Part shown: positions 17,463 to 26,664 of the stretch, one piece after another | How positions within the stretch are numbered: position 1 is the first letter of the stretch | Layout: each line of letters starts with the position of its first letter | Position numbers and translations under genes: made by a program | Virus record (IMG/VR): IMGVR_UViG_3300008255_000305 | Coordinates: 1-33,091 of that record | From: a virus | Lineage: Duplodnaviria; Caudoviricetes | Direction: 5' to 3' (one strand) | Length of the DNA stretch: 33,091 nt | The notes under the pieces: model-generated | Databases searched by the model: none | Told to the model about the DNA's origin: nothing | What the model saw: only the letters and a program-made list of their open reading frames with translations

Positions 17463-17816
17463 TTAAACGAGGCGGTCGTCGTATTCGACCGTGTACTCAA
17501 CGCTGCCTGCGGCAGACGTCACCATTTCAAGAGCTTTATTGGTTGTCAGATCCCACGGGCGATCGCCGAGGTCAATCACTACAGTAGCACCTTGTGAAAG
17601 GTATTCCTGGTAATACAGAGTGCCAGCGTTCGCTTTCCAGTGAACCCACGTAGCCGTTGCGCTTCCGTTGCTGACTATTATCTTGTAGACCCGCAACCTT
17701 CGCCCTGCACCCGGCGCAGCGACAACAGACGTTGTTGCAGCAGACGCAATCGGCGTTCCGTTGCTTGATGCCCGTTGGAGACCTGAAGAGGTTACCGTCA
17801 CGAGGACAGTATACAT
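17463..17816 (-). CDS. Beta-rich putative capsid decoration protein
   Basis: VVAAPGAGRRLRVYKIIVSN...NKALEM; directly after the capsid gene; start 17816 or 17825. Confidence 0.55.
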   Translation of the reverse strand: MYTVLVTVTSSGLQRASSNGTPIASAATTSVVAAPGAGRRLRVYKIIVSNGSATATWVHWKANAGTLYYQEYLSQGATVVIDLGDRPWDLTTNKALEMVTSAAGSVEYTVEYDDRLV

Positions 17817-17836
17817 GAACGTCACGAAACTCGCAC

Positions 17837-17864
17837 AAAAGGAAAAGCCCGCACAAGGCGGGCT
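17837..17864 (-). terminator. Intrinsic terminator after the major capsid gene
   Basis: AGCCCGC-CTTGT-GCGGGCT followed by TTTCCTTTT. Confidence 0.8.
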
Positions 17865-17888
17865 GGTTTCCTTCGATCAGACTACGGC

Positions 17889-19271
17889 TCAGGAAGCCGC
17901 TGTCTTGTAGATACTGAAAGCTTCATCGTCAATGGAGTCGTTATCGAAGGTCTCTGTCACACGAACAGCGTATGCGTTCGCGGTGTTCAGGTTTACCCCG
18001 TCAACAGTACCTTGACTCTGAAGGTCGATGAGGAATCCGGGACGAGTACCGCAGACCATGTAACCGAGATCACCAAAACAGAATGAGTTGGTAGCTGCGG
18101 CTGGCGCAGCAGCGATCTCAGGCACACGCTTGAGGCCGAAACCGTGGATTTCCTTGTTGTGCTTCAGCTCCTTCACGTCGGTCCAGTGGTAGTTGTCGTT
18201 CCCACTGCTCTTTGCAAGTGTCTGCACGAGAGACTGAGGAATCCACCAGCGAGCCGCACCGGAAGAGAAAAGATGAGAGCCCTGCACGTCCTCGTCTGGG
18301 AGGTAGTGCGGGTCCAACTCGTACGTCACATCGACCAAATCGTCGAAGGTGACGTCCGTTATTGCGGTCTTGCCACTACCGGCAGCAGGCTGCACGACGT
18401 TGGTTGAGTGCGACAAGATACCGGGCGAAGACGTGCCGAATACGAGGTTGTCCTCTTTCTTCTTGATCTCACGGGTGGAGAACTCAATCAGAGCGGGAAC
18501 AAGGGCAGGATCGGCAGTCACGAACAATTCAACGGAGAAGGGCTTGGTGAGTACGTCCACTTTCTTCGTGTTCAGCGTGAACTGATCGAAGGTTGGCTGG
18601 CTTTCCGTGATGTCCGTGTTTTCTGCGGTCTGCTCAGCAGTCACCGTAGCGGTCAGCTTCGGAATGCGGAGAATTTCTTTCTCCATCGTCAGCATCGTGC
18701 AGTACTTGCGAGCGTAGGAGTAGCGGGAAATGTTCTCGTAGAGCATCGTTTCCCACAGCTCACCACCCATGTAACCACCGGTCGAATCCGTACCGATTGA
18801 CATCGCACGAACTTCGCGGTTGCTATTGCGAACGTAGTCCGCCTCAGCCTCGTACGCGCTCTGCAACTCGGTGTAGTTCGCACGTCCGGATGCGACTTTG
18901 GTCAGTGCTCGCATCACTTTGGCACATTCCTTGAAGTCGTTATGCCGGCTCGCGTGCTTCTGCAGAATTGAACCGACCTCCTTCTCGGCAGCTTCAGAAG
19001 CCTGTCCGGGAGTAAGGTCGTATTTCCGCTCAACTTTGCCAGCTTCGGTGCTGGCGACTTTCTTAGCGGCTTCTGTGCCGCCCTGGATTATCATTCGGAT
19101 CTGTTCATCCGACAGTTCCACTACCGGCTTTTCCTGAAAGGTAGCGCCGTAGTGTTCCTCCGCGAACGCGCGCAGCATCTTAGCCTGCTCGTCTTTGGGT
19201 TGTTCCTTCATACGTTCATGAAGGTCTTGGAGGACTGAATCCTCCACTGTGTCTTCAATGGTTTTGCTCAT
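17889..19271 (-). CDS. Major capsid protein, HK97 fold
   Basis: DSTGGYM, ESQPTFDQFTL..KK, FSVEL, FCFGDL; ATG 19271 just after the protease stop; long N-terminal delta-like region. Confidence 0.92.
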   Translation of the reverse strand: MSKTIEDTVEDSVLQDLHERMKEQPKDEQAKMLRAFAEEHYGATFQEKPVVELSDEQIRMIIQGGTEAAKKVASTEAGKVERKYDLTPGQASEAAEKEVGSILQKHASRHNDFKECAKVMRALTKVASGRANYTELQSAYEAEADYVRNSNREVRAMSIGTDSTGGYMGGELWETMLYENISRYSYARKYCTMLTMEKEILRIPKLTATVTAEQTAENTDITESQPTFDQFTLNTKKVDVLTKPFSVELFVTADPALVPALIEFSTREIKKKEDNLVFGTSSPGILSHSTNVVQPAAGSGKTAITDVTFDDLVDVTYELDPHYLPDEDVQGSHLFSSGAARWWIPQSLVQTLAKSSGNDNYHWTDVKELKHNKEIHGFGLKRVPEIAAAPAAATNSFCFGDLGYMVCGTRPGFLIDLQSQGTVDGVNLNTANAYAVRVTETFDNDSIDDEAFSIYKTAAS

Positions 19272-19272
19272 G

Positions 19273-20349
19273 TTAGAGTTTGGAATTGGCAAGAGCCTGC
19301 TGGAATTGGCTTCCAGCGGCTTCGAGAAGTCCATCCAACTCACTTGTTGGAACTCCCCGCTGCAGGGCTTCTACAGCAAGTCCGGTCATCGCCTTCGTGT
19401 ATCTTTCGGGGAAAGCAACGAGATCGGCCAGGGGAATCTGAACAGAGGCTTTCTGTTCGGGCTGAGGGGCTTCCTCAGTCTCGGTTGGTGGCGTTTCTAA
19501 CTCCTCCTCGACCTCCTCCTCTGGCTCTTCAGGCTCGACCGTAACTTCCTCAGTCTCAGGCTCTTCTTCCTCCGCAGGTGTCTCGACCTCTTCTTTCGTC
19601 TCGACAACTTCCTCAGATGTTTCCTCTTCGATGATTTCCTGCATTCGCTTCCATGCTTCTACTTCATCCTCGGGCTGCTCCTCGTCACGAGCTTTGAAGA
19701 ATGCTTTCAGCACCTTCGTGGATTCGCGGTTGGCTTTCTGTTTGGTTTCGAAATACTTTTTGTATTTCTCGTGCTCTCCCGGATCGATGATTTCCTTCGC
19801 CATCTCTTCCACGCTCTCAACGCGAGCTCGAACTTCATCGATATCGGCGTTCATCCGCTTCGCACGTTCGGCCAACGCATCGGAGTTGCTGGGAATCGTT
19901 ACGACAGCAACCTCCAGGAGCTTCTGTTTGCGGAACCAGAACTCGTTATCACCGTCCTCAGTCTCGGTTTCCTCTGTCTTAATCGCATCGAATCCCACAG
20001 AAACTGCGTTCAGGTAACCATCCGCCATCAATCCAAAGACTTCGTCCGCGAATTTGAATACGCCCGGCTTCGGGAATTGAATCTTCATTTTCAGCTTCCC
20101 GTCTTCAACGCGAACAGTCTCAGGAAGAGCCTTCGCAATCGGACGTCCACCGGATGCCGTGAAGCCACGGTCATCGTGTGCCCAAGTAATGACTGGATTC
20201 TTTTTGAAGTCTTCCAACATCCAGCCGGCCTGATCGATCCGCGTACCGTGTGAATCTTCTGCGGGAGTGGACGCAACTACGTCAATAGTCCGCGCCTCGT
20301 TATCGACTGCGCGTACGGTGGCTGTATCTGCGATTCGGGTGACTGCCAT
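19273..20349 (-). CDS. HK97-family prohead protease with acidic C-terminal extension
   Basis: DSHG, NPVITWAHD, LNAVSVGF, LLEVAVVTIPSN. Confidence 0.92.
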   Translation of the reverse strand: MAVTRIADTATVRAVDNEARTIDVVASTPAEDSHGTRIDQAGWMLEDFKKNPVITWAHDDRGFTASGGRPIAKALPETVRVEDGKLKMKIQFPKPGVFKFADEVFGLMADGYLNAVSVGFDAIKTEETETEDGDNEFWFRKQKLLEVAVVTIPSNSDALAERAKRMNADIDEVRARVESVEEMAKEIIDPGEHEKYKKYFETKQKANRESTKVLKAFFKARDEEQPEDEVEAWKRMQEIIEEETSEEVVETKEEVETPAEEEEPETEEVTVEPEEPEEEVEEELETPPTETEEAPQPEQKASVQIPLADLVAFPERYTKAMTGLAVEALQRGVPTSELDGLLEAAGSQFQQALANSKL

Positions 20350-20351
20350 GC

Positions 20352-21116
20352 TCAGGAAGGGAAGTGAGAGAGAACGCGATCGCGTTGCTCAAGAAATGCT
20401 CGTCGCAATGATACCACAAAGCGTCGTTCGAGCGCACCATGCGTGCGGAGGAACTGCTCACCAATCGCTCTGCGGCGATCCTCGGGAAGCCCTGCACCGA
20501 CGATTAAACACCTACAGTTGATTCTTTCTCCGGCGGGAAGAATCGGGTCGCCTGGGGCTTGCGCCGATGAACCGCCGACTGTGAATGTCTCATTGATTCC
20601 AACTACTTGTCCGTGCGCAGCGGCATGCGTCGGTCGCTCATTTCCATCGATAACAGTCGCCCATTCTTTCTGCTGAAAGCCCTCTTTCCGAAGAGTCGCT
20701 AACGTTCCTTCGTTGATAACGTCCGTCAGTTCCGTGCGGGCGATTCGCAGAGAACGAACTCTGCTCGATTGTATGTACAGACCATCGATTCTTCTGGAGA
20801 GTTCAGCAATTCCTTCCCCGTTCTCTATCGCCAAACTAATTGCCTTGCTTAAATCGTCTTTTGTTGTACCGATAGCTAGGGCGGCGTGCTCAAACGACTT
20901 CAGTTCCAGCGCTTTCCGAATGCCAACCGTGAATATGTTGTCTGAATCGGTGAGGTCATGCCCCTGCTGCTGACCGAGACTCACTCCTTTCGCAAACGCC
21001 TCCATGAAATAGGGTAAAAAAAGCCTAGCCAAGATTCGTGCTTCTTCGTCCTCGTCGAAGATGTCTCCGATTCCCGGTAGAGGTTTCTTCGCCCGTTTCT
21101 GTTTTTGTGTTGCTAC
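20352..21116 (-). CDS. Minor head / head morphogenesis protein (Mu gpF, SPP1 gp7-like); start uncertain (GTA 21116 or TTG 21032)
   Basis: RIARTE, KEW....D...R.TH...HGQ, PGDP, INCRC. Confidence 0.85.
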   Translation of the reverse strand, partial: VATQKQKRAKKPLPGIGDIFDEDEEARILARLFLPYFMEAFAKGVSLGQQQGHDLTDSDNIFTVGIRKALELKSFEHAALAIGTTKDDLSKAISLAIENGEGIAELSRRIDGLYIQSSRVRSLRIARTELTDVINEGTLATLRKEGFQQKEWATVIDGNERPTHAAAHGQVVGINETFTVGGSSAQAPGDPILPAGERINCRCLIVGAGLPEDRRRAIGEQFLRTHGALERRFVVSLRRAFLEQRDRVLSHFPS

Positions 21117-22360
21117 GCCGCTAAAGATGGCGGCGATGCGGTAGAGGGCATCATATTGAAGCCAATGTATGGAACGTCGGTTACACCCTTGATGTTCAGC
21201 GGCTCTAGTCCGAACTCCTTACGCATCTCGTCCGGTGTGAGTGCCCCACTCTGGAAGAGCTTCTCGGAGTTAAGACGCTTCTCTTCCATGTTCTCGGGCA
21301 CAGGATCATCGAATGCGAACTCCATCTTCTCCGTACCGGGGAAAGCGGGAAGGTAGTCATTGTTCAGCGTGTCGCAAATCTTCATCAGGAAAGGCTTGAT
21401 CCCGAATTTCATGAATACGAATATCGCCGCTTCCGCATTTGCTCTTGTCTGAGACTCAGTCTTTCCAAGGATCTCCAAACCGATCCCGAAGTTCGCGAGG
21501 ATTTCATCGCGTGCCTTGTCTTTGCCCTCCGTAAACTGCATCTCCTGATTGCTTTCCTGTACTTTGTCGAACTTCAATCCCTTTGGCAGGTACGCGGTCT
21601 TTCCTGCATTGTCTGATCCACCGTACGTTTCCCGCCACTGCTGTTTCAGCCGATTGATGTCTTCCTCGCTTAGATTCTGCTCAGTCGATAAGACTCCGCC
21701 CGGAACTGCGTTGTTCCGCAGGCGCTTGTAGTTCATCACGTCGGCTTCTTTGTGCGTATCGAGCGCGTAACGGATGCTCTGTGTCGGATTGTGGCCGCGA
21801 ACCCAGTTCTTCGGGTCCGGCATTTTGAAGTGAACGACATCGACCGGATCGAGTTCCACTTGGCGATCGGGTAGCCGGTATGTGTACCGCAGCAATCCCT
21901 TTCTTAATTCGACCTCCATGAATCCCGGAAGAAGCGGAAGAATGTTTGTGGGCGCTCCGCTTGCCTTCAATCGTCGATCGAGCAACCAAAACGATTCACC
22001 GTTCAGCATCAAGTGCTGCGATGTGACGATCATCAGGTCCATGCTTGTCAGCAATGACTTGCCGCCTTCTACCGGTTGCGGAAGCCGAAGCGTTTCGAGA
22101 GCTTGATGCACCTCGATGAACTCGATATCGTCCTTCTTCGCGACTTGGAGATAGAATTCCGTCTCAGCGATCTGAAACGAGACCCGTGTCACGGACGAAT
22201 AGAGCCACGGGTTATCGCCATGCACTTCGAGCGACTCGTGCGGTTTGAAGAGCGACGGCGCACCGGGCTGATTCCAGAACTGCGGGAATGGAGAACCAAA
22301 ATCATTGCCTCGCATGAACGCTCGGCTAGCGTGCTGTAAGCGGGTGAAGAGGGAAGGCAT
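21113..22360 (-). CDS. Portal protein, HK97 family
   Basis: LMLNGESFW, DVVHFK, NNAVPGGVL, YGGSDNAGK, LTPDEMRK..GLEP. Confidence 0.93.
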   Translation of the reverse strand: MPSLFTRLQHASRAFMRGNDFGSPFPQFWNQPGAPSLFKPHESLEVHGDNPWLYSSVTRVSFQIAETEFYLQVAKKDDIEFIEVHQALETLRLPQPVEGGKSLLTSMDLMIVTSQHLMLNGESFWLLDRRLKASGAPTNILPLLPGFMEVELRKGLLRYTYRLPDRQVELDPVDVVHFKMPDPKNWVRGHNPTQSIRYALDTHKEADVMNYKRLRNNAVPGGVLSTEQNLSEEDINRLKQQWRETYGGSDNAGKTAYLPKGLKFDKVQESNQEMQFTEGKDKARDEILANFGIGLEILGKTESQTRANAEAAIFVFMKFGIKPFLMKICDTLNNDYLPAFPGTEKMEFAFDDPVPENMEEKRLNSEKLFQSGALTPDEMRKEFGLEPLNIKGVTDVPYIGFNMMPSTASPPSLAA

Positions 22361-22388
22361 TCAGTGACAGTGTACACCGATTTCACCG

Positions 22389-23825
22389 TCAAAACACAAT
22401 GATATCTCCTATGCCTGCGTTCTTCGCCGCGAACGTGGACAGTGCTGTGGAGTCCGGCAGGTCATCGCGTCCATTGGGGTCGTTTTTCGGGTGGTGTACC
22501 GAAAGATACTCACCGTCGCCGATGTATTCGCGAACCAAGGAAAGCATCTGCCCCTCGAACTTCTCTGCGAGCGGATGGTCAGCCGGATACGAAAAGCGCG
22601 TCTTATCTCCTTCGTCTGCAAAGAGCGACTGCTCAAAGTTCACGTACAGATCATTCTTGCTCTGCGTGGTGAACTTGAATTTTGTGTCGGGTCCGCAAGG
22701 AAGCCACGTGTTCTCCAGAAGTTCAGACGGGCCGTCCCCTTGCCCCGTTGCGTCAGACCGCACACCTGCGATCTTCTCCCGAAACGGCTCTAGGTCTTTC
22801 AGCAGCATTTGAATCTGATCCTCGTACCGAACGTGCGGATACGCGAACCACACCGCAACGTCGTTGAGCGGGTTCGAGAGCGTGGCGATCGTTTCATCTG
22901 ACTCCCGCGCCCAGTCGAGCCCCAGTCCCAGCTTGTCTGTGTTGATCTCCGCATCCTTTCCGCGCGCACAAGACAACAACCTTTCCCGAGAAATGAAGCT
23001 GCTGATCTCCACGATGTCTTCGAGATAGTAGTTCATGCGAATCTCAGGGTTGTCCTTACCCTTCTTCCGCAGCTCCCGCTGGAATGCCTTCTCGTACTCA
23101 AGATGCTTGGGATCACCGGTCTCTTCGTACTTCTTCCTCCGATCGTGAATGACTTCTTCCACATCGACCTTCACGACGACCGAATCCGGCATTTCGCCAT
23201 CACAGCCCTTTTTGAAGTCCCCGTACTTCGGACAGCCGACTCCGATATGCCAAGTCACACCGCCCGTGGACGAAAGCATCGGGTCGAGCTGATCGCTTCG
23301 CTTCTTGTCGTCGATCTTGTGGGCTTCTTCCACAACCAACACGTTCAGCGTCTTGGATTCGTTCGTAGTGTTCCCCAGGGAGAATTTGAAAATCTCAGCG
23401 AAGAGCTTGTTAAAGCGGTAGGCACGCACTGTGTGCGCGTTGTATTCCCGATCCTCCACCTGCCACGAGTTGCGGAGTTCGTTGATCGACTTCTTCAGAC
23501 GGTCCAAGTCCGTCTTCGCCTGCTCTCCCTTCGGAGAGGCGATGCCCGCCATGAGCGGATCACCGGTCAGAAGTCGGTAGAAGATAATGAGGAACCGCAG
23601 CAGCAGCGTGATTGTTTCAGTCTTCCCGCTTTGGCGAGCTAGCTTGATAAAGACGTCCTTCGGCTCTACCAACAACGACGACAGGCAAGCGCGTGCAATC
23701 CGTATCTGGTAGTCGTAGAGATCGAATTGGAAGTTCTGGCGGCAGAAGATAATGAAAGCATTCAGTACCCGCTCAAGCGTCTGTTCTCGCTCCCGCTGAT
23801 TTAGATCGCGAATGGTCTTCAACAC
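22389..23825 (-). CDS. terL: Terminase large subunit
   Basis: Walker A ARQSGKT, Walker B VLVVEEAH, nuclease motifs GLDWA, DATGQGD, DDLPDS. Confidence 0.92.
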   Translation of the reverse strand: MLKTIRDLNQREREQTLERVLNAFIIFCRQNFQFDLYDYQIRIARACLSSLLVEPKDVFIKLARQSGKTETITLLLRFLIIFYRLLTGDPLMAGIASPKGEQAKTDLDRLKKSINELRNSWQVEDREYNAHTVRAYRFNKLFAEIFKFSLGNTTNESKTLNVLVVEEAHKIDDKKRSDQLDPMLSSTGGVTWHIGVGCPKYGDFKKGCDGEMPDSVVVKVDVEEVIHDRRKKYEETGDPKHLEYEKAFQRELRKKGKDNPEIRMNYYLEDIVEISSFISRERLLSCARGKDAEINTDKLGLGLDWARESDETIATLSNPLNDVAVWFAYPHVRYEDQIQMLLKDLEPFREKIAGVRSDATGQGDGPSELLENTWLPCGPDTKFKFTTQSKNDLYVNFEQSLFADEGDKTRFSYPADHPLAEKFEGQMLSLVREYIGDGEYLSVHHPKNDPNGRDDLPDSTALSTFAAKNAGIGDIIVF

Positions 23826-23974
23826 TTCGCATTATGCCACGTCCAGCTACTTACCGCAGAAACCATGAGGTAATACTTGCAGAATGAACATTTACCGAAA
23901 TGCTGTCGGATGATACTGCCTTCGGGTACGGTGCAGCCTTGTTCGTCAGCACAGGAGTCACAGATGTGTTTCAT
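23819..23974 (-). CDS. Small zinc-finger protein (51 aa, below the ORF-track cutoff)
   Basis: MKHICDSCADE...GKCSFCK...WTWHNAKC*; two CxxC pairs; overlaps the terL start. Confidence 0.5.
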   Translation of the reverse strand: MKHICDSCADEQGCTVPEGSIIRQHFGKCSFCKYYLMVSAVSSWTWHNAKC

Positions 23975-23993
23975 GTGGGCATGATGACAACGT

Positions 23994-24194
23994 TCAATAC
24001 AGCGTCTTTGAATCGCGATCTCGTGTTTTCAGAGACAGCCACAGACCTATTGCTACCACCCAGCCGAGAAAGAATGGCGTCAACAGTCCCGTCAGAAACA
24101 GTCCTTTCAAGACACTGCGGTTCTTCTTGTTGCATTGATCTGCAGTAACAATGAAGGGAAGCCCGAAGAAGAGGAAGATGAGGAGAAAACTCAT
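23994..24194 (-). CDS. Small two-TM membrane protein
   Basis: Hydrophobic helices around KKNRS; ATGA-coupled. Confidence 0.6.
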   Translation of the reverse strand: MSFLLIFLFFGLPFIVTADQCNKKNRSVLKGLFLTGLLTPFFLGWVVAIGLWLSLKTRDRDSKTLY

Positions 24195-24817
24195 ACGTGC
24201 TTTTTGGTAAGGAAGCGGGAACGGAATTCATCGGTCAATGCGTTTGACTCTTTTGAAATGTGCATCTTCCGCATGATTCTAGCGATCATTTCTAACCGCT
24301 TGTCGATCTCCGCCTTGCTGTAGACGTCGCAGTCGCAGTCGCAGTCGCACAACTCCTCCACGACATCGGTTGCCTTGGGGCCATTGTCCTTTCCCCAGTC
24401 AATGCCGACCCGATAGCCATCGAGACTTTTAGGGGCGACGTATCCACCGGTTGCCGGCAACCACTCCACCCCCTCCTTCTCGCACACAGCCTTGAGGAAC
24501 TCGGCACGATTGAGGAGGCGGGAGGATTCGGAGTCTGCTTCATAGCAGTCATGCGAATAGTGAATCAGAACTTCTGAGTCCAGAATCCTCACACCGTCGT
24601 CTAAATTGATTCCCAAAGAATAGCCCCATTCGTGCGCCTTAATATATTCGTTGACTGAACCAAGCTCCCTCAGCTTCTCCCGCTCGAAGTCGGCGTAGGG
24701 AATCCAATCTCCGTCGCACACCCAAGTGCCGTCTTTCTTTTGAAAGAGAGCGGCATCACGATACTCTATGTTCCCAGCCAAATGTCCTCTTATTGCGATG
24801 TAGGGTTCAACGAGCAT
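24191..24817 (-). CDS. Hypothetical protein with (CD)4 repeat
   Basis: 208-aa ORF directly after groEL. Confidence 0.65.
   Translation of the reverse strand: MLVEPYIAIRGHLAGNIEYRDAALFQKKDGTWVCDGDWIPYADFEREKLRELGSVNEYIKAHEWGYSLGINLDDGVRILDSEVLIHYSHDCYEADSESSRLLNRAEFLKAVCEKEGVEWLPATGGYVAPKSLDGYRVGIDWGKDNGPKATDVVEELCDCDCDCDVYSKAEIDKRLEMIARIMRKMHISKESNALTDEFRSRFLTKKHV
24326..24349 (+). repeat. (GTCGCA)4 tandem repeat
   Basis: Four exact hexamers encoding CDCDCDCD on the minus strand. Confidence 0.9.
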
Positions 24818-24831
24818 ACAAAAAGTGGGAA

Positions 24832-26412
24832 TTAGACAGAAAGCGCTTCGGGCTCTTTCTCAAAGCCGATGGCGCATTCCAGCGTCACGAACATCGAGGC
24901 AACAGAGACGGCGTTTTCGAGAGCGCAACGAGCCACCTTCTTCGGGTCAATCACTCCGGCTTCTTTCAAGTTCTCGATCTTGCGAGTGATTCCGTTGAAG
25001 CCTTCGTCTTCTGCGGCAGCCTGCACTTCTTTCAACTTGTCACCCTCGCCACAGTTCTCAAGGATCTGCCGACATGGAGAGATAAGGGCGTTCCTCACGA
25101 TGTCGATGCCAACCTTTTCGTCTTCGTCGCCTGTGAGACCTTCCAATGCGCTGAGACAGCGGATGTACGCTGTACCCGCTCCGATGACCACGCCTTCGTC
25201 TCTCGCCGCTCTTGCGGCGTTCAGCGCGTCCTCAACTCGGTACTGGCGTTCCTTCTGTTCTGTCTCTGTCAAACCACCGACACGAATCACCGCAACACCG
25301 CCAGTCAGCTTGCCCACTCTTTCCCGGAGTTTGCCTTTGTCGAAGTCGGACTCTGAGTTTTCAATCATTGCTCGGATCTCGCCCACGCGCCCTGCGATGT
25401 CTCCGCCCTTCCCCGCTCCACCGACAACCGTCGTGTTGTGCTTCGTAGCAATCACCTTCTCCGCCGTTCCGACGTGCTCCAGCGTTGCATCTGCCAACCC
25501 AACGGACTCATCCGAAAGGACAGTTGCCCCGGTCAGTGCGGCGATGTCTCCAAGGTACTCCCTCTTCCGATCACCGTAGCCGGGAGCCTTAATCACAACT
25601 GGGTTGAACGTGCCATTCATTTTGTTCTGAGCCAAGACGGCAAGCGGAGCACGTTCGATGTCCTCGCAGATCAGAACGATGTTCTTCTGTTTCTCCAAAA
25701 TCTGATCGAAGAGCGGTTGCAGCTCCTTCGGTGTCAGGATTCTCTTGTCCACGATCACGATCGCAGGGTTCTCGTATTCGGCGGTCATCCTTTCGGGGTT
25801 CGTCACGAAGTGAGCGAGTAGGTATCCCTGCCCGAATTGCATACCGTCCACCTTCTCGACGTCGATGTTCTGCCCGTGCCCCTGCTCAACAGTAACGACT
25901 CCTTCGGGTCCGACATCATCAACCACCCCGGAAACCGCCTTCGCTATCTCTTCATCTTGTGAAGAAATCAATGCGACAGCCTTCAGTTCTTCCTTGCTCG
26001 AAACGTCGGTAGCCATCTCAGCGAGTCTTTCTACGACAGCGTCGCACGCCATTTTCATGCCACGGGAAATAGCGATCGCATTCGCCCCGTCCACCAGCTT
26101 GTCGAATGCTTGGCTCATCATGGCATAGCCCAGAACCGTCGCGGTCGTTGTGCCGTCACCCGCCGCGTCGTTTGTCTTGGTCGCAGCCTCGCGAACCAGC
26201 ACTGCCCCCATGTTTTCAAATTGGTCGGGAAGCTGAATCTCGTTTGCGACGCTCACTCCGTCCTTCGTCATGAATGGCGGCATGTACTGCCGTCTCACGA
26301 GGACGTTTCGACCTCGCGGACCCATTGTCGCCTGCACGGCACGAGCGAGCTTCTCAGCCCCGATCAAAACCGCCTTGCGGGATTCGTTGCCAAAAATAAG
26401 CTCCTTATTCAT
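24832..26412 (-). CDS. groEL: Chaperonin GroEL (phage-encoded)
   Basis: TMGPRGRNV, TKDGVSVA, AGDGTTTATVL, GGVAVIRVGG, EDALNAARAA, GVIDPKKV; no GGM tail. Confidence 0.96.
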   Translation of the reverse strand: MNKELIFGNESRKAVLIGAEKLARAVQATMGPRGRNVLVRRQYMPPFMTKDGVSVANEIQLPDQFENMGAVLVREAATKTNDAAGDGTTTATVLGYAMMSQAFDKLVDGANAIAISRGMKMACDAVVERLAEMATDVSSKEELKAVALISSQDEEIAKAVSGVVDDVGPEGVVTVEQGHGQNIDVEKVDGMQFGQGYLLAHFVTNPERMTAEYENPAIVIVDKRILTPKELQPLFDQILEKQKNIVLICEDIERAPLAVLAQNKMNGTFNPVVIKAPGYGDRKREYLGDIAALTGATVLSDESVGLADATLEHVGTAEKVIATKHNTTVVGGAGKGGDIAGRVGEIRAMIENSESDFDKGKLRERVGKLTGGVAVIRVGGLTETEQKERQYRVEDALNAARAARDEGVVIGAGTAYIRCLSALEGLTGDEDEKVGIDIVRNALISPCRQILENCGEGDKLKEVQAAAEDEGFNGITRKIENLKEAGVIDPKKVARCALENAVSVASMFVTLECAIGFEKEPEALSV

Positions 26413-26653
26413 CAGTGTCGGGGGAAAGGATGTAGAGAAGTGCCTCCTGCGGCACGCAGATAAATTCGTCGTTGCCGTGTTTTGTACGAACCGCCTTCTT
26501 CACGTCGTAGGCGACTCTCGCACCGACCAATACACAGGACGGACTGGGGCACGCCTTCACGTCGCCAACGTATCGCTCTTCATCATCCGGAATGTCCATG
26601 CGGCTGTCGCGTTTGACGGGCGTGAGAATGACGTAATCGTTGAGGGGAAGCAT
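26405..26653 (-). CDS. groES: Divergent co-chaperonin GroES
   Basis: PLNDYVIL, G.V.A, V.VG.RV.Y and ..LL.IL pattern; overlaps the groEL start. Confidence 0.75.
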   Translation of the reverse strand: MLPLNDYVILTPVKRDSRMDIPDDEERYVGDVKACPSPSCVLVGARVAYDVKKAVRTKHGNDEFICVPQEALLYILSPDTDE

Positions 26654-26664
26654 AGGGGTGGGGG

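Noticed and set aside
19480-19700. Glu-rich low-complexity repeat
   Set aside because: Ordinary acidic linker or scaffold extension of the prohead protease
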